Of a DNA stretch of 64,000 nucleotides, positions 40,150-52,348 are shown in pieces. Position numbers and translations under genes: made by a program. Under the pieces are notes generated by a model that was not told the DNA's origin, made no database searches, and saw only the letters and a program-made list of their open reading frames with translations. The first letter of the stretch is position 1, and every line of letters starts with the position of its first letter. Location of the stretch: NCBI RefSeq assembly GCF_020745735.1, contig NC_083401.1:85371740-85435739 (forward strand), read 5' to 3'. Source of the DNA: Hemiscyllium ocellatum. Lineage: Eukaryota.

Positions 40150-40783
40150 CTGTAAAGGCAAACATAAACATATTATGACAAATTATAATATATATATATA
40201 AAATCATTGTGTGTGTGTTCTATCTAAAAGTCAGTCCTTGGCTCAGTGTTGTCCTTCCATATCTCTCTATTCATTAAATATGTCAATAATTTGCTTTAAT
40301 TTTCAAACCATCCTACATCAATATCCTCCATTTTCCACTTCCTCTTTATTCTTGAAATCTTCCTCCATAAGATCTCTAACAAAATCTGTTTCTACTTAAA
40401 ATATGCCCTAGGCAGTTTGTCTGTGTTTTCCTAATTATGTAGGAAAAGCTTTTTTTTGTTTATTCAGTCTCTACAGCAGTCACCACAACTTGCCACTTCA
40501 TTTCTGTCCAGAAAATCCTATTAATGCACATCTAAACTTACATTTCAAAGTTACATGGCAAACTGGCCCCATCCTTCTGGCAGTGTCCATGTCTCACATC
40601 CATAAAACAAGACTTCAAATCCAGGTCTCCAAAGCCATTCTTTGAGCTATTTATTCTGCATTCCTATTCGTAATCACATCATCTTACTAAATATGGCTCT
40701 TCCATTGCTACCTTTGTCTCATTTCCATGTGTTACCATTATACTTTATTAGCATATTTCTATCAGATAAAATAGGATAGACGT

Positions 40784-40811
40784 ATATTTGTAAAGTATAC
40801 TTTACAAATAT
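40784..40811. repeat. Perfect 28-bp palindrome
   Basis: ATATTTGTAAAGTATACTTTACAAATAT equals its own reverse complement. Confidence 0.95.
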
Positions 40812-43631
40812 CATAGGTAGCACAAGTAAATCATAGGACTATGTCCTGCATCCCAACAGGGCCTGAAATTCTTATGATAAATTGCCTTAGATGATGTTAA
40901 GGTGATCACTTAAAAACAGGCATCAAGTTCCTTCCATCAGTTAAAATGGGGCTTAGTGCTTGTTTTACGTTTTCTACAAAAGAAAGGGGTAGGGCTGGGG
41001 GTGCAGTATTTGCTCATCATCATTGCAGGATAACATCTGACGTTTCATAATGCCTTTCAAGGACATTCGCTAACAGTTTCTTTGAAGAGTACTGGTGTAT
41101 CAACCAAATACATGAAGATACTGATGACAATGTGTGAGAACAGGACAATGAGTCATACAAAGTTAAGTTTTACAAAAATGCATGACACAAATGCAAAAGG
41201 TGTTTCACCAACATTTCCGTGCAAACAAATTGGACACCTTAACCTTTTTGATAGATTGCAGAGTTTCTGGCAACATTTAAGTACCTAGATCGTATTTCCA
41301 ATAGAAATGCTGCATAATCTAATTTTTAGACATTTCAGTTTTCCTGTCACAGCCAAATGGGACCACAACGTATTATCATCATCAAGTCTATGAGAATTAG
41401 AAATGCTTATGATTCTCTTCTCCAAATGTTGCGTTGAAACTGAGGTAGGGAAAACTTAAAAATGGTGGCTGTGTCCCAATTCTAGAATTCCTGTCCCCAT
41501 TCCAACTCTGTGGGAGCTTCGGCTCCTTGGAATAACAAGCCCAGACTCAGCAATTGTGTCCTTGCCTATCTCAATGCAGGGACAAAATCTCACACCACTT
41601 GGAAATTTGATGGATTCCAACAGAGTTTGAAGGAGACAGTTTATGGCTCCTTAAAGAACTCCTGAACATAGATTTTCTTAAATTGGAGTCAGAAACCTTC
41701 TGTCAGCCAAAATTACATAAGTGGTCAACTTCATATGCTATATTTAGGTGAAGGAGTATAATTTAAGTATGTCTTAATGCAGTGATTTATAACAGGGCTC
41801 AGTTCTTAAATATCGAATGAGCATCAAATTGAACAGCAATTTTGTTTTTAAGTTAAGGGTACTTTGTGTAGTTGATCAAGTGCTCTTCAGCATTCTGCAG
41901 TAAGGAGAATTGAGCATGAGTATAAAGAACTTGGTCAACCTTTAAAGCGCTCTTCAAACATCTAATTACAGAATCAATGAGTACAATAATAACAAAACAT
42001 ATCTTTGAAATGTTTTGAACCATCAAAATAAACATTCAAAAGGCTTCAGGGGAAAAAAAAATTCCTTCTACAAACTCAACTACAAATGTCTTTTATATAG
42101 CAAGAAAAAGCATCCATACTGTAAACACACTTATTCCTGTATAAATAAACAAATGGGCACTGAAAAATGAAGACTTCAAAAGAAGGCTAAACTTATTAAA
42201 AGTTCATAAAACAGTCAAACAAACTTAAAAGTCCCCTTCACAACTACGTAAACAATCCCTATAAAGCTAGATCCATTATTGGGTCAAACATTCGACCAAG
42301 CAGTAATTGTGTAATTCTATTGCCTGGAGTGGCAACAAAGGCTCTAAAGCTAAATACATTGAAACTTTTGAAGATGACTGAACTGACAGCTAACTGATTT
42401 ACCAGATCACTGATTTTGATTGATAGATTGACCATCTATTCAGTGACAGATGAAAATCTGACCCCCTATTTAAAATGAGTGAGGAATCCATAACTTAATT
42501 TAAGAACATCTAGATTGTTATCTTGTGCTATGCTTAATAAATCTAAATGCTTTCTTTCAGCCAGACATGAAAAATAATTAAAGTAGTAAAATCATTTTAA
42601 AGTTTTAAATGAATCTTCTTGCTAGTATTTGATTTTCAGGATTTTAGCCTTTGAGAAACTAAAACTGCATCACAAATAATATGCATATCATTTCAGACAT
42701 CTAAGGAATGTGCTTGTAATATGGTTAATCCAACATTCACTATGTTTTCCACCCCCAATTTCTTTGTTTTTTGTACAAAATACAATGTTGGGAAAATAGG
42801 AAAAAAATGTCTCCATAGGTTAGTGCCAATTAGATTCATCAATACACAGTCCTATTATTTATCCTCATTCAAGTATGTTAACTAATCTGTAGACACTAAC
42901 ATGAAATGCTAGGGGTGCAATATTGGCAATTTGGATGCGAAAGCTCCCCACTATTTTGCACTTTCAATGGATATTCAGCTGAATCTACTCCAAAGAGTTA
43001 AGAAGTTACAGTGGCAGAGTGCTATTTTGAGGTACAGCTTGTCTGTAAAGTTAGAATGTGACCAGTTTTGTGTCTGGCTCTTTGACCAATTTGGGAGGGG
43101 GTGATGGAGAAAAGAGGATCAAGACTAAGTCGGGCATTACAAAGCTAACAATAGGTCTATTTATCGTGCTACCTGGACATTACTCTCATTTGTAGGCGGT
43201 AAGAATTTTCTGTTTTCATTTTAAACTCCTACATAAAACTTCCTTTCATTTAAAAAGAAAATTCCAAAATTTTCCTATTTTCCCATGTTTTTGTTTGCAC
43301 AAACTAACCAGGCCTTTTTTTTCCATATTTAATGCCTTCACAGTATCTTGTAATTTTTCTAGTAATCCTCTATCTAATAATTCGCACATTATTCAGGCTA
43401 TTGACTTCTATCAATGCCATTTGATTAAGTGTTACTTTCTCTCCCTTCCTTTATAATTTCTTACTCTGAAATGTTCATTATTCATTAGGTTTAGAACATT
43501 AATGAAAGATACACATTTGAAACATTACCCTCATTTTTCTTGCTGACTGTTTGGTTGATATTTTTCAATGTTCCTTTCTCATACAATATGATCAGTAACT
43601 CAAGTCTCAAACAAAGGAAACCAAAAATTAC

Positions 43632-43842
43632 CTGATTCAATGGTGTAAGTCACTTCTGCATTTTGCCCTTTATCTTTATCCAGTGCAGTAACTTGAAGAA
43701 CTGCTGAGTCAATTGCAGCAGATTCATACACATGACCAGTATAGGAGGTACTCGTAAACCATGGTGCATGGTCATTGGTGTCTTCAACATTAATGATGAC
43801 TCTCACGTAATTGCGTTTGACAGGTACATCTTGATCTCGGAC
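43632..43842 (-). CDS. FAT1: FAT1 exon 9 equivalent, 211 nt
   Basis: TTCCCAAG acceptor, GTAATT donor; [29 protein letters not shown]...TYTIES(G); phase 0/1. Confidence 0.96.
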
Positions 43843-44342
43843 CTTGGGAAGGAATGAATAATGTACACTATCACAAAAACAATTTGTTGACAATCTAATG
43901 GCTATCCCCATCTGCTTCCTCCTTAAAACTAGAATGGTGAGAAAATAAGATTAGTAAATGAGCAGTCCACCTTCTTGATAGCTTCCTACCTATCTTTGCA
44001 CATCAGAAAATTCCTCTTCATCCAAATCACTGATATACCACCAGCTCTCCTTACCAAGAAAGGATCCTCCATGAGTCACCCAAGGAGCACCAAACATTTC
44101 ATTATCATCCCAATGGAATCAAGGATCAGCACAGATAGTGTTGGAGAACAGTGAATTGGTCCCATTGAGCTGCTGTGGGCCTGGATTAATAAGGAGTTTT
44201 ACTGAGCACCTTCAGTGGAACAATTAGATCTGAATAGTATGGATAATTCTGATACTCAAATGTGTACAACATCTCTCAAAATTCCTGGTTGTTGCCTGCA
44301 CTGTAGTCTGTCTATGCATAAGTGGGCACACAACTTCATTTG

Positions 44343-44468
44343 CTAATGAAGGGCTTATGCCCAAAACATCAACTCTCCTGCTCCTCGGATACCTGATCTG
44401 CGTGCTTTTCCAATGCCACACTTTTTAACTTTGACTGTCCAGCATCTGCAATCCTCACTTTCTCCGAT
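44343..44468 (+). mobile_element. Penelope-like insert with 13-bp TSD (1 mismatch)
   Basis: ACAACTTCATTTG (44330) and ACAACATCATTTG (44469); begins CTAATGAAGGGCTTATGCCCAAAACATC. Confidence 0.75.
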
Positions 44469-44888
44469 ACAACATCATTTGAAATGGAAACCTTCACTTA
44501 CACGCATAGGTCACAGGTACATTAGGAGCATATCAACTACATGCTGCTGCACAGTCTCAACTCTTAAGGTGCAGTCAAGATTGTAACAGTTCTCTAGTTC
44601 AGCTGAAACTATCACGCCAAAAAGCATTACAAAATCATAAGTCTAGGGCATATGAATAAAGTGACAAGTTCCAGATGTGGAGACATTTTCCAGTTTCGGC
44701 CATATTCCACTCTGACAAGATTCAAACTAGTCCTTCAATCTTCTCTTTATAATCAAACTTAATTGGAGAAAGATGGTTTTTAGAAGTCAGGAAGAGTATA
44801 TACTCATAAAGCCATTAAAATAATTGTCTATGATAATAGCCAAAATGTGTCAAGAAGATATATTTTCTTCAAAGAGTATCACACTCAC

Positions 44889-45164
44889 CATAACAGTAAG
44901 AATGTGCTGGTGCTTCATCTCATGATCCAGCTTTTCAGCTGTAAAGAGATTCCCAGTGGAAGGATCCAGCCTAAATTTCTTCAGACTGCTTGGATCTGTG
45001 CTGCTTTGAAGGATGTAAATCAACTTATTCTTCTCATCCTTATCCGTGGCACTAACTTGCAAAATTATAGATTCAGGAATTGTGTCTTCTGGGATATTTA
45101 CTTCATATTTTGGTTTTGAAAATTCCGGGCGATGGTCATTTGTATCAATTATTTTAATATATAC
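44889..45164 (-). CDS. FAT1: FAT1 exon 8 equivalent, 276 nt
   Basis: TTTCAG acceptor, GTGAGT donor; VYIKIIDTNDHRPEF...VSATDKDEKNKLIY...KLDHEMKHQHILTVM; phase 0/0. Confidence 0.96.
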
Positions 45165-48100
45165 CTGAAATGAGTAAAACTTTAAAGTTGAGACCTGTCA
45201 TTCACTTATGTTTCTTTACCATAGCAAAACACAACTGAAACCTGATCATTCAAATGATTAGTTTTTAAAACCACTTCAAGTTTATGATTCAGCAAGACTG
45301 AGTTAAAATATTACATGCATTACAATGTGAGTTACCGAAACTGAGGGCAGAACAGAACATTTCCCTTGCTAGGGATGGCAAAGGAGAGCATAAGTGGCAA
45401 GTTTTTCTGGAGATCTTGGTTTCTTCTTGCCTCCTCCTCAATTAAGTCCACTCGGGACTTTTCTAACTCATCAGCAATTAAGGTCTTTAAGTGATCAATT
45501 AAAAGGCAGTTAAAGGCCTAAACATGTCGCTGTCCCAATTTCTGGTCTTCCTAACAGATGAGAAAAGTGACTGAGTTCATGACTGATATGACAGGGATCT
45601 GAACAGGGCAACCTACCTTCCAGATTTGGGCGGTGGCGTTCATTTGCCCTCAACACCCATCTCGGAGAAGCTAAAGAAAATCACTTCAAAATTAAGCCTG
45701 ACTGATGGATTTTACGATCTAGAATCTGCCAGCTATTGATTGGCCTAGAACTTCTGGCGAGACCTGTGACTGGTCATGAAGCTCACTGGACAGCTCTTAA
45801 CAAGCTGATTCGGTCACTATATGGGGAGCTTTCTCAGTGGTAGGGGCAGCAACAAGTTGCCGCTGAACTCAGGCTCCCACACTTGGACTAAAGAATGAAA
45901 CACTTTTTTAAAATTTAGATACAGATAGATTTATTTTTTAAATTATAATGAGCTTGGATGCACAGTTGTGGAGCATGAGTTAAACTTAATATCTTCTGAC
46001 TAAAGCCTACAAACTAAAATATAAATGATTTATAATTAGCACCTAACAGTCTCTATTTTAAGTGACTTCCATTCTTTTCCCTCTGTCATCCAAGTTAACA
46101 CCACTTGATGCGTTCTTAAGTACTTAAACCATTAATAAGCTATGCATGTCGTCAAGAGTCTAAAATATTTTACTTTGAAACTTCTTATATTCCAAACATT
46201 TGGACAACTTCAGATAATACAGTACGGTTATCTTGACTTTCATTCCACTGACTCCTACTGCTGAGGGCAGATGTGATACTGACTGCATTGATTCATTTGT
46301 TCTAAAAAAAAACTCATCTATCCAAGCATTCAGAAATAGGAATGGAAAATTAAATAGCACAATGATATCATATATGACTTATCTCCAATTATTTCATTTA
46401 TGAAGTATGCGTGGAATGCTCATTTTGTACAATATTTACCAGCTTTCTAAATCTGTATTGTTCTATTGCAGTTGTCATACTTCATGACACCAATGCTAGC
46501 TGATGCTTACTGATTAAGGATACTTAAGGCTCCACTAATTCACAGCAATAACAAGCCAATTTACTTCAAAACCTGGAATGTTACACATGATACTCTTCCA
46601 CATTTCAAAGCATTTATGCGAATGGTTGTGTCATGTATTGGCACACAATGACATGTTTAACAGTACAATCTAATAGTGAGGGAAGCAATTTGTCTTGTAC
46701 AAATATACACTGCATATCAGCATCTATAACATTTCAATTTACCAGGCTGCTCAGCAGGTGCCAAGACACTCTGCTAGCTGCAATTACCAGAAGAGAACCA
46801 GAACATCAGGACTTGAGTTTCAGAGTGAGAGAACTAGTGTGAAAATGATTGGGGAACATCTATATTTGTTACAAAAATGGCTAATTATCCTAAGAGTATA
46901 TGAAAAGGTTTCCTGGATAGTGAGCTCTTGGGGAAACATTTTTACTCCACAGTTTGAAAAGCTGGATGTGATCAAGAATTTTAAATTACTCCTCCAATGA
47001 CCTCCTGTTCAGGTTCCTAATGTCCACCATTTATCAATAACAGTTCAAGCAAACCCTGAAATCCATACATTATGTGCATTATGCTGCAGACTTAGACATA
47101 TATAATTTGTTCAGGTCACCAGGTCAAAGACTTGGAACGCTGTCTTTAACAGCTTTGTGGGAACACCTACACTAAATGGAATGCAATGGTCCAAGGAGGA
47201 GGCAGTTCACCATCACTTTCTCACAGCTAACTAGGAATGGGCAAGAAGCGTGAGCCCAGCTAACAACACACACGTCCTGAATGCAAATATAAAAAGGAAA
47301 TAAACAGTCTCTGGAAATGTTGAGGTCTCTTGCTGCACACTTCAATGTTGACATTCCTAAGTCGATAGTACAGCATCTTGGTACACTCTTATCTGCAAGT
47401 ACCTGGTAAGGAGTAGCACAATTGATTCTCAAGATGAAATAAACAAACAGGTGACCTTCAGCTTTAGTGTCCAGAAATAATGAGTATTCAATGACTGGCT
47501 GCTTCTTCAGAAAGAGGATGGGTGAGGGAAAGTGCAGACTACAGAAAAGTTTCCCTCTCACCATGGCAAGACAGCAGAATACTACCGTTACAAGCCATTG
47601 AGGTGAAGGTAAACAACCCTTTAGTCTACTAATGTGAATGTTTCTACTCATGATTATTTCAAAGAAATTCATCAAAAATTTCAGTGTTGGTGTTGAAGCT
47701 GAATTATATTCAGTACTGTAGTAACTCCTGATCATAAATAAATATTTCCAGTTCCATTTCTGCATGTAGATATATGGTATTGTACTTTCCAAGTTACTTT
47801 ATATGCGACTTTCTCCAATGTCTCATCTCACAGGCAACTAATGACTTGGAACTTCAGTGATTTTTTAATAAATGTACTTCCACTCACTCCAGACTATGCC
47901 CAGATCACAAAAAGAACTTTACACAACTTGCCATAAAATCAGTGTACAGTAGTTTTTATATCTAGCTAAATGAAGACTTCCAAATTGCAGGCAACATTCA
48001 AAATTACAAACTGCATCAAAATGAGAAATTGCATACTATCAATAATTTTTTCAACTAAAATCTTCTGAATGAACATTGTTGAAAAACAGGGAACATTAAT

Positions 48101-48256
48101 TTTCCACCTGAAAGCAGTTCAACACTGAGTATGTTATGAAACTATAAACTAATAACTTCAAAATGAAATGTGTATTTTGCAAAACTGAGAGCAGAAATAA
48201 AAACTGAAGCCAATTGTTTCCCCTGAATCTAAACCCTTTATCAGAAATTCAATTAC

Positions 48257-48396
48257 CTGAGTGCGGATGGATATTGTTCCATCTGTTGCTTCCACTGTCA
48301 AGTTGTAATTTGATTTCTGTTCTGCATCAAGTGGTCTCGCAACAATGATGGTTCCACTACCTTTGTCCACATCAAATCGGCTGTCATAGTTGCCAC
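48257..48396 (-). CDS. FAT1: FAT1 exon 7 equivalent, 140 nt
   Basis: CCAG acceptor, GTAATT donor; (G)GNYDSRFDVDKGSGTIIVARPLDAEQKSNYNLTVEATDGTISIRTQ; phase 1/0. Confidence 0.96.
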
Positions 48397-50144
48397 CTGG
48401 TTTTAAGAATATGGAAAGGCAAATATAACAAAAGGAAACAGATTCTGTTCTGCTATCCGATTGCATGCAAATAAAAATTGGTCTTGCTTCACTGGACATG
48501 CAAAAACAGAAAAGGAGTGTTGAGCCTTATAGAATGGGACTTCAATAGGAAAAATAAAACTTCTATTTATATATTACAGATGTTTAGAGAAATGGAAAAT
48601 GCTTGGTTTAAACACTGGTTCAACAGGCTCCAACTCACACAGCCTCCCAACCTCAAAACATATTCACCATTTATCTTTGCTGGGTCCCAATTCTTGAATT
48701 CCCAATCACACAAACTGCCATAAGGCAGTTGACAATACATCAGAGCAATTACAGATGGGAAATAAACATGATTGATACCCATCTCCCATCACCAACTTTT
48801 AATAAAAAATTATTAAATTGTCAAAACTGAATGAGGAAAGACAGCATATATTTTGAAATTTATTAATTAAAAAGGGACCAAGTAGTCTTCCTGATTTTCA
48901 TTCTCTCACAAAAACAAAAATTAAATAACATTTTTAAAAAAAATCAAATTCTTATGAATTTTATCAGAATTTGGAAATTTGTTTTTCAAAATTTGAAGAA
49001 AATTTCAATTCATTCACAAAATCAAATTATTAACTATGATAGACAACAGCTATTCATCCCTCTCACAAATTACTAATGCACCATCGGAAATTGCGCAGCA
49101 AACAGAAGCATGGCGAAATCTGCCTCCGCATTGCAAAATTACCACGGTGAGCAAAACATCAAGTTCAATTATGGGCTTTTGGGACAGATGATTCTCTTCC
49201 AGTAAAATCTTTAACAGATATATCAAATGATAAAAAAAAAGCAACTGTTGAAGAAATCTCATGTTACCATAACATATTAAGCTGCAAAGTACTCTAGATA
49301 TTAGCAATTTCGATTGCTGAGTGAAAAAAAGGTGACTCTTTCAGTAGGAATTCAGTTAGTTTGACAAAACTGCGACAAAAAGTTGGCACACATCAAAATA
49401 GGTTTTGCATTTCAAATGTTTACATATGTATTTCAATCCCAAATACTGGCATAAGTAGTTCCAATATTAAATGTTGAAATTAAATGCATGCTTCATGAAT
49501 TACAATTTGTGAACAACTAGTATAAGCTATGAGAGTCTAAAAGTTGCTTAATGGACTAACATATAATTTTCCCGTCTTATTCAGAGACTACAAAGAAACT
49601 TGAAACAGGCTCAAATAGAGAATTCATTCATCTTAAGTTAATTTTCGTTGTATCATTTGTGTCAACATGTAAATTTACATCTTTGACCATCCATTTCTGA
49701 TTTTACAGAGGGTGTTTGCAGAGTTTTGCAAGCTATCCACTAAACTAAATATTCAACATCATTGACAGAAACCAATTCGAAGTGCGCAAAATCATTTCTG
49801 AACCAAATCAGAAAATATTCATTCAATAACTGCTCATTATAACAAGCCTGAAACAACTGGCTCAAAGTGTGAAAGAAAGTTATGCTTGCTACTTATGTAA
49901 TAGAAGAGAATAGCACTCCTACAGTAAAACACATTTCAAGACCTGCTCTTCATAAAATGAAGGGACTTTCTAACTGAGGTATGCATGTTAATACACTCCA
50001 GCACTCTTAGGGAATTGATGTGCAACATCAGATAAGAGTTTTAATGAGCTCGCCTGGCATGTTCTGCTAGTCAATCAGATTATGATTGGTGTTGAGCTTT
50101 GGATCAATCAAATGCTTTGGCTCCACATCCCTCAATACTCTCAC

Positions 50145-50183
50145 ATAATAAAAATGTCAACCCTGAATAATAAAAATGTCAAC
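50145..50183. repeat. 17-bp direct repeat with 5-bp spacer
   Basis: ATAATAAAAATGTCAAC at 50145 and 50167. Confidence 0.85.
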
Positions 50184-51496
50184 TGAGCCAATGCTCAAAT
50201 TGTGAGAGCAGAGAGTTCATTTGTGAGGAAACACTGTTTAGCTTTCTTTGACATTACGGCTTCTCTTGCATCCCCTCACTAGAAAGATTATTCTTTATAT
50301 CCTATTGAATTCTTTTATCATTTGAAGGTGCTAGTTTGACCACCCCGCAAGCATTTCAATTCAAAATCTGAGACAAAACAAAATGGTATTTTGAAAATTA
50401 CTTTTGTGAATTTTGTTAATGGGATTTACTGAAGTACATTCAACTAATACGTATAGGAATATAACAGTCTTAAATTTAAAACATTGGTATTAATTATTAA
50501 TTACCGTTTATTACATAACTCTTGGTATTGGCTTGGCAGCAATCAGTGGGAGTTCCAAATCCTCAAAAGAATTTGTACTGAACTGTAGAAAACTTTGATA
50601 TGATTGCTTTATGCTGAATAAGTTCATTTTAGCCTTTCCAATGTCAATACTTTGTCTCTCTCTGGTAAATATTCATGAGTCTATAAGTAAGTACATTTCC
50701 CTTAATTAATTGCTAATTTTCAAGATTGGCTACTCTCTAACACTCCATTTTTAAGACAACTGAAGACAGAAATTCCAAATCATAACCAACCAAAATTTTT
50801 ATAACTCTAGCTTTCACTAGAAATATTTTCTACCATCCACTCTTAAAAGCAAAAAAGGTAGTTGGTTATTTCAATCATTGGCAGATAGCATTTAAATAGC
50901 AGCATGTTGTATATCTATTCCAACTTTAGCACATGGTAGACTTTAGCACATTTTGGAAGATGAAGTTACATAAACAAACTTTGTAGTGCTGTAAAATATA
51001 CTGTTTATAGTTCCCAATCACATTGCTACTAATCTTTTGGCAAATATATTAGTGGGAATTGGTTCAATTCAAAATTCTTATACATTATGGTGAACCTCAA
51101 AACGAACATTAAGATATCAGCAATCAAAACAAATTTAGTTTGCAAATTTATTAATAACTTCACTCTTAAAGGCCATGGAGATATGGCATTCTAAGTACCT
51201 AATTAAAATGCTGAAACTACAGAGTAGCCCAACTTTAATTGCTTCAGAAGTCTTAAAACTCTAAACTGAATTATAGGACTTAAAATATCTGACCAATCCA
51301 ACACCACAGAAGTGGTATGGCACAGAAGGAGGCCATTCAGGCCTTCATGCCTGAACCAGCTCATTATATGGGCATCATAATCCAGTGCTAACCTCCTGAC
51401 TTTTCCCATACCCTTGCATATTACTTTTCCTAAATAATATCCAATGCCCTCTTGAATGCCTCAGTTGAATACCAAGCTTCCAAATAAAGTTCCATT

Positions 51497-51661
51497 CTTC
51501 CAAATACCGGAAGAAACATCAAAGCAGCGCTTCTCAGGAGGCTCCAATAGCACTGATGATGTTCCCTAGCCAGGGAACGAAACGTTTGCAGCAAAAACTT
51601 CCAGCTCGGCGAACAGAACCACAACAACGGACACCCGAGCTACAAATCTTCAACCAGACTT
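51497..51661 (+). mobile_element. Short Penelope-like (pLTR-derived) insert with 12-bp TSD
   Basis: Flanked by TAAAGTTCCATT at 51485-51496 and 51662-51673; carries hammerhead motif; nested in a CR1 fragment. Confidence 0.8.
51550..51589 (+). ncRNA. Minimal type I hammerhead ribozyme motif (Penelope-associated), core intact
   Basis: GCA-CUGAUGA-U-GUUCCCU-AGCC-AGGGAAC-GAAAC-GUU/UGC: conserved core, 7-bp stem II, 3-bp stem I, palindromic AAACGUUU in place of stem III. Confidence 0.8.
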
Positions 51662-52058
51662 TAAAGTTCCATTAACTTTACTCAGTATCAAGTCTTCTTC
51701 ACTTTACCTTTGCTTCATTTGCACAACACTTCAAACCTATACTCTTATTCTTGCTCCTTTACAAGCTGGACAAATTTCTCCCTAACTGCTCTATCCAGCC
51801 CACTGATGATTTTGAAAACCTCAATTAAATCTCAGCCTTCTTCTCTCCAATGAGAACAGTCCCAACTTCAAGCTTTCCTCGTAATTAAGTTCCACATCCA
51901 AAGGACCATTCTTGCAAACCGGTTCCACATTCTGTCCAATACATTCGCATTCTTCCCATAATATGGTACCCAGAGCTGTACACAACATTCCAGTTGAGGT
52001 CTGATCTCTTTTCTCCTGCATTCTGCGCACCTTTTAATAAAGTTAATGACGCTGTATG

Positions 52059-52348
52059 ATTAGATTAGATTCCATACAGTGTGAAAACAGGCCCTTCGGC
52101 CCAAAAAGTCCACACCGACCCTCCAAAGAGTAATCCACCCAGACCCATTTCCCGCTGACTAGTGCGCCTAACACTGTGGGCAATTTAGCATGGTCAATTC
52201 ACCTGACCTGCACATCTTTGGATTGTGGGAGGAAACCGGAGCACCAGAAGGAAACCAACACAGACACTGGGAGAATGTGCAAACTCCACACTGACAGTCG
52301 CCTGATGCTGAAATCGAACCTGAGTCCCTGGCGCTATGAGGCAGCAGT
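52059..52348 (-). mobile_element. HE1-type SINE, 5-prime truncated, TGTATG duplicated on both sides
   Basis: Core and tail match; TGTATG at 52053 and 52349. Confidence 0.85.

Noticed and set aside
40150-40207. N-terminal extension of the 1442-aa ORF as a start of an independent gene
   Set aside because: Intronic read-through across a TA microsatellite; real acceptor at 40150-1 joins in phase to exon 9
45345-45900. Possible old MITE-like remnants (also about 35510, 40860, 41450)
   Set aside because: Compositionally distinct, but no convincing TIR/TSD pair could be read
47172-47792. 206-aa minus-strand ORF
   Set aside because: No recognisable domain, low-information composition, overlaps the antisense of a LINE/SINE tail; chance ORF
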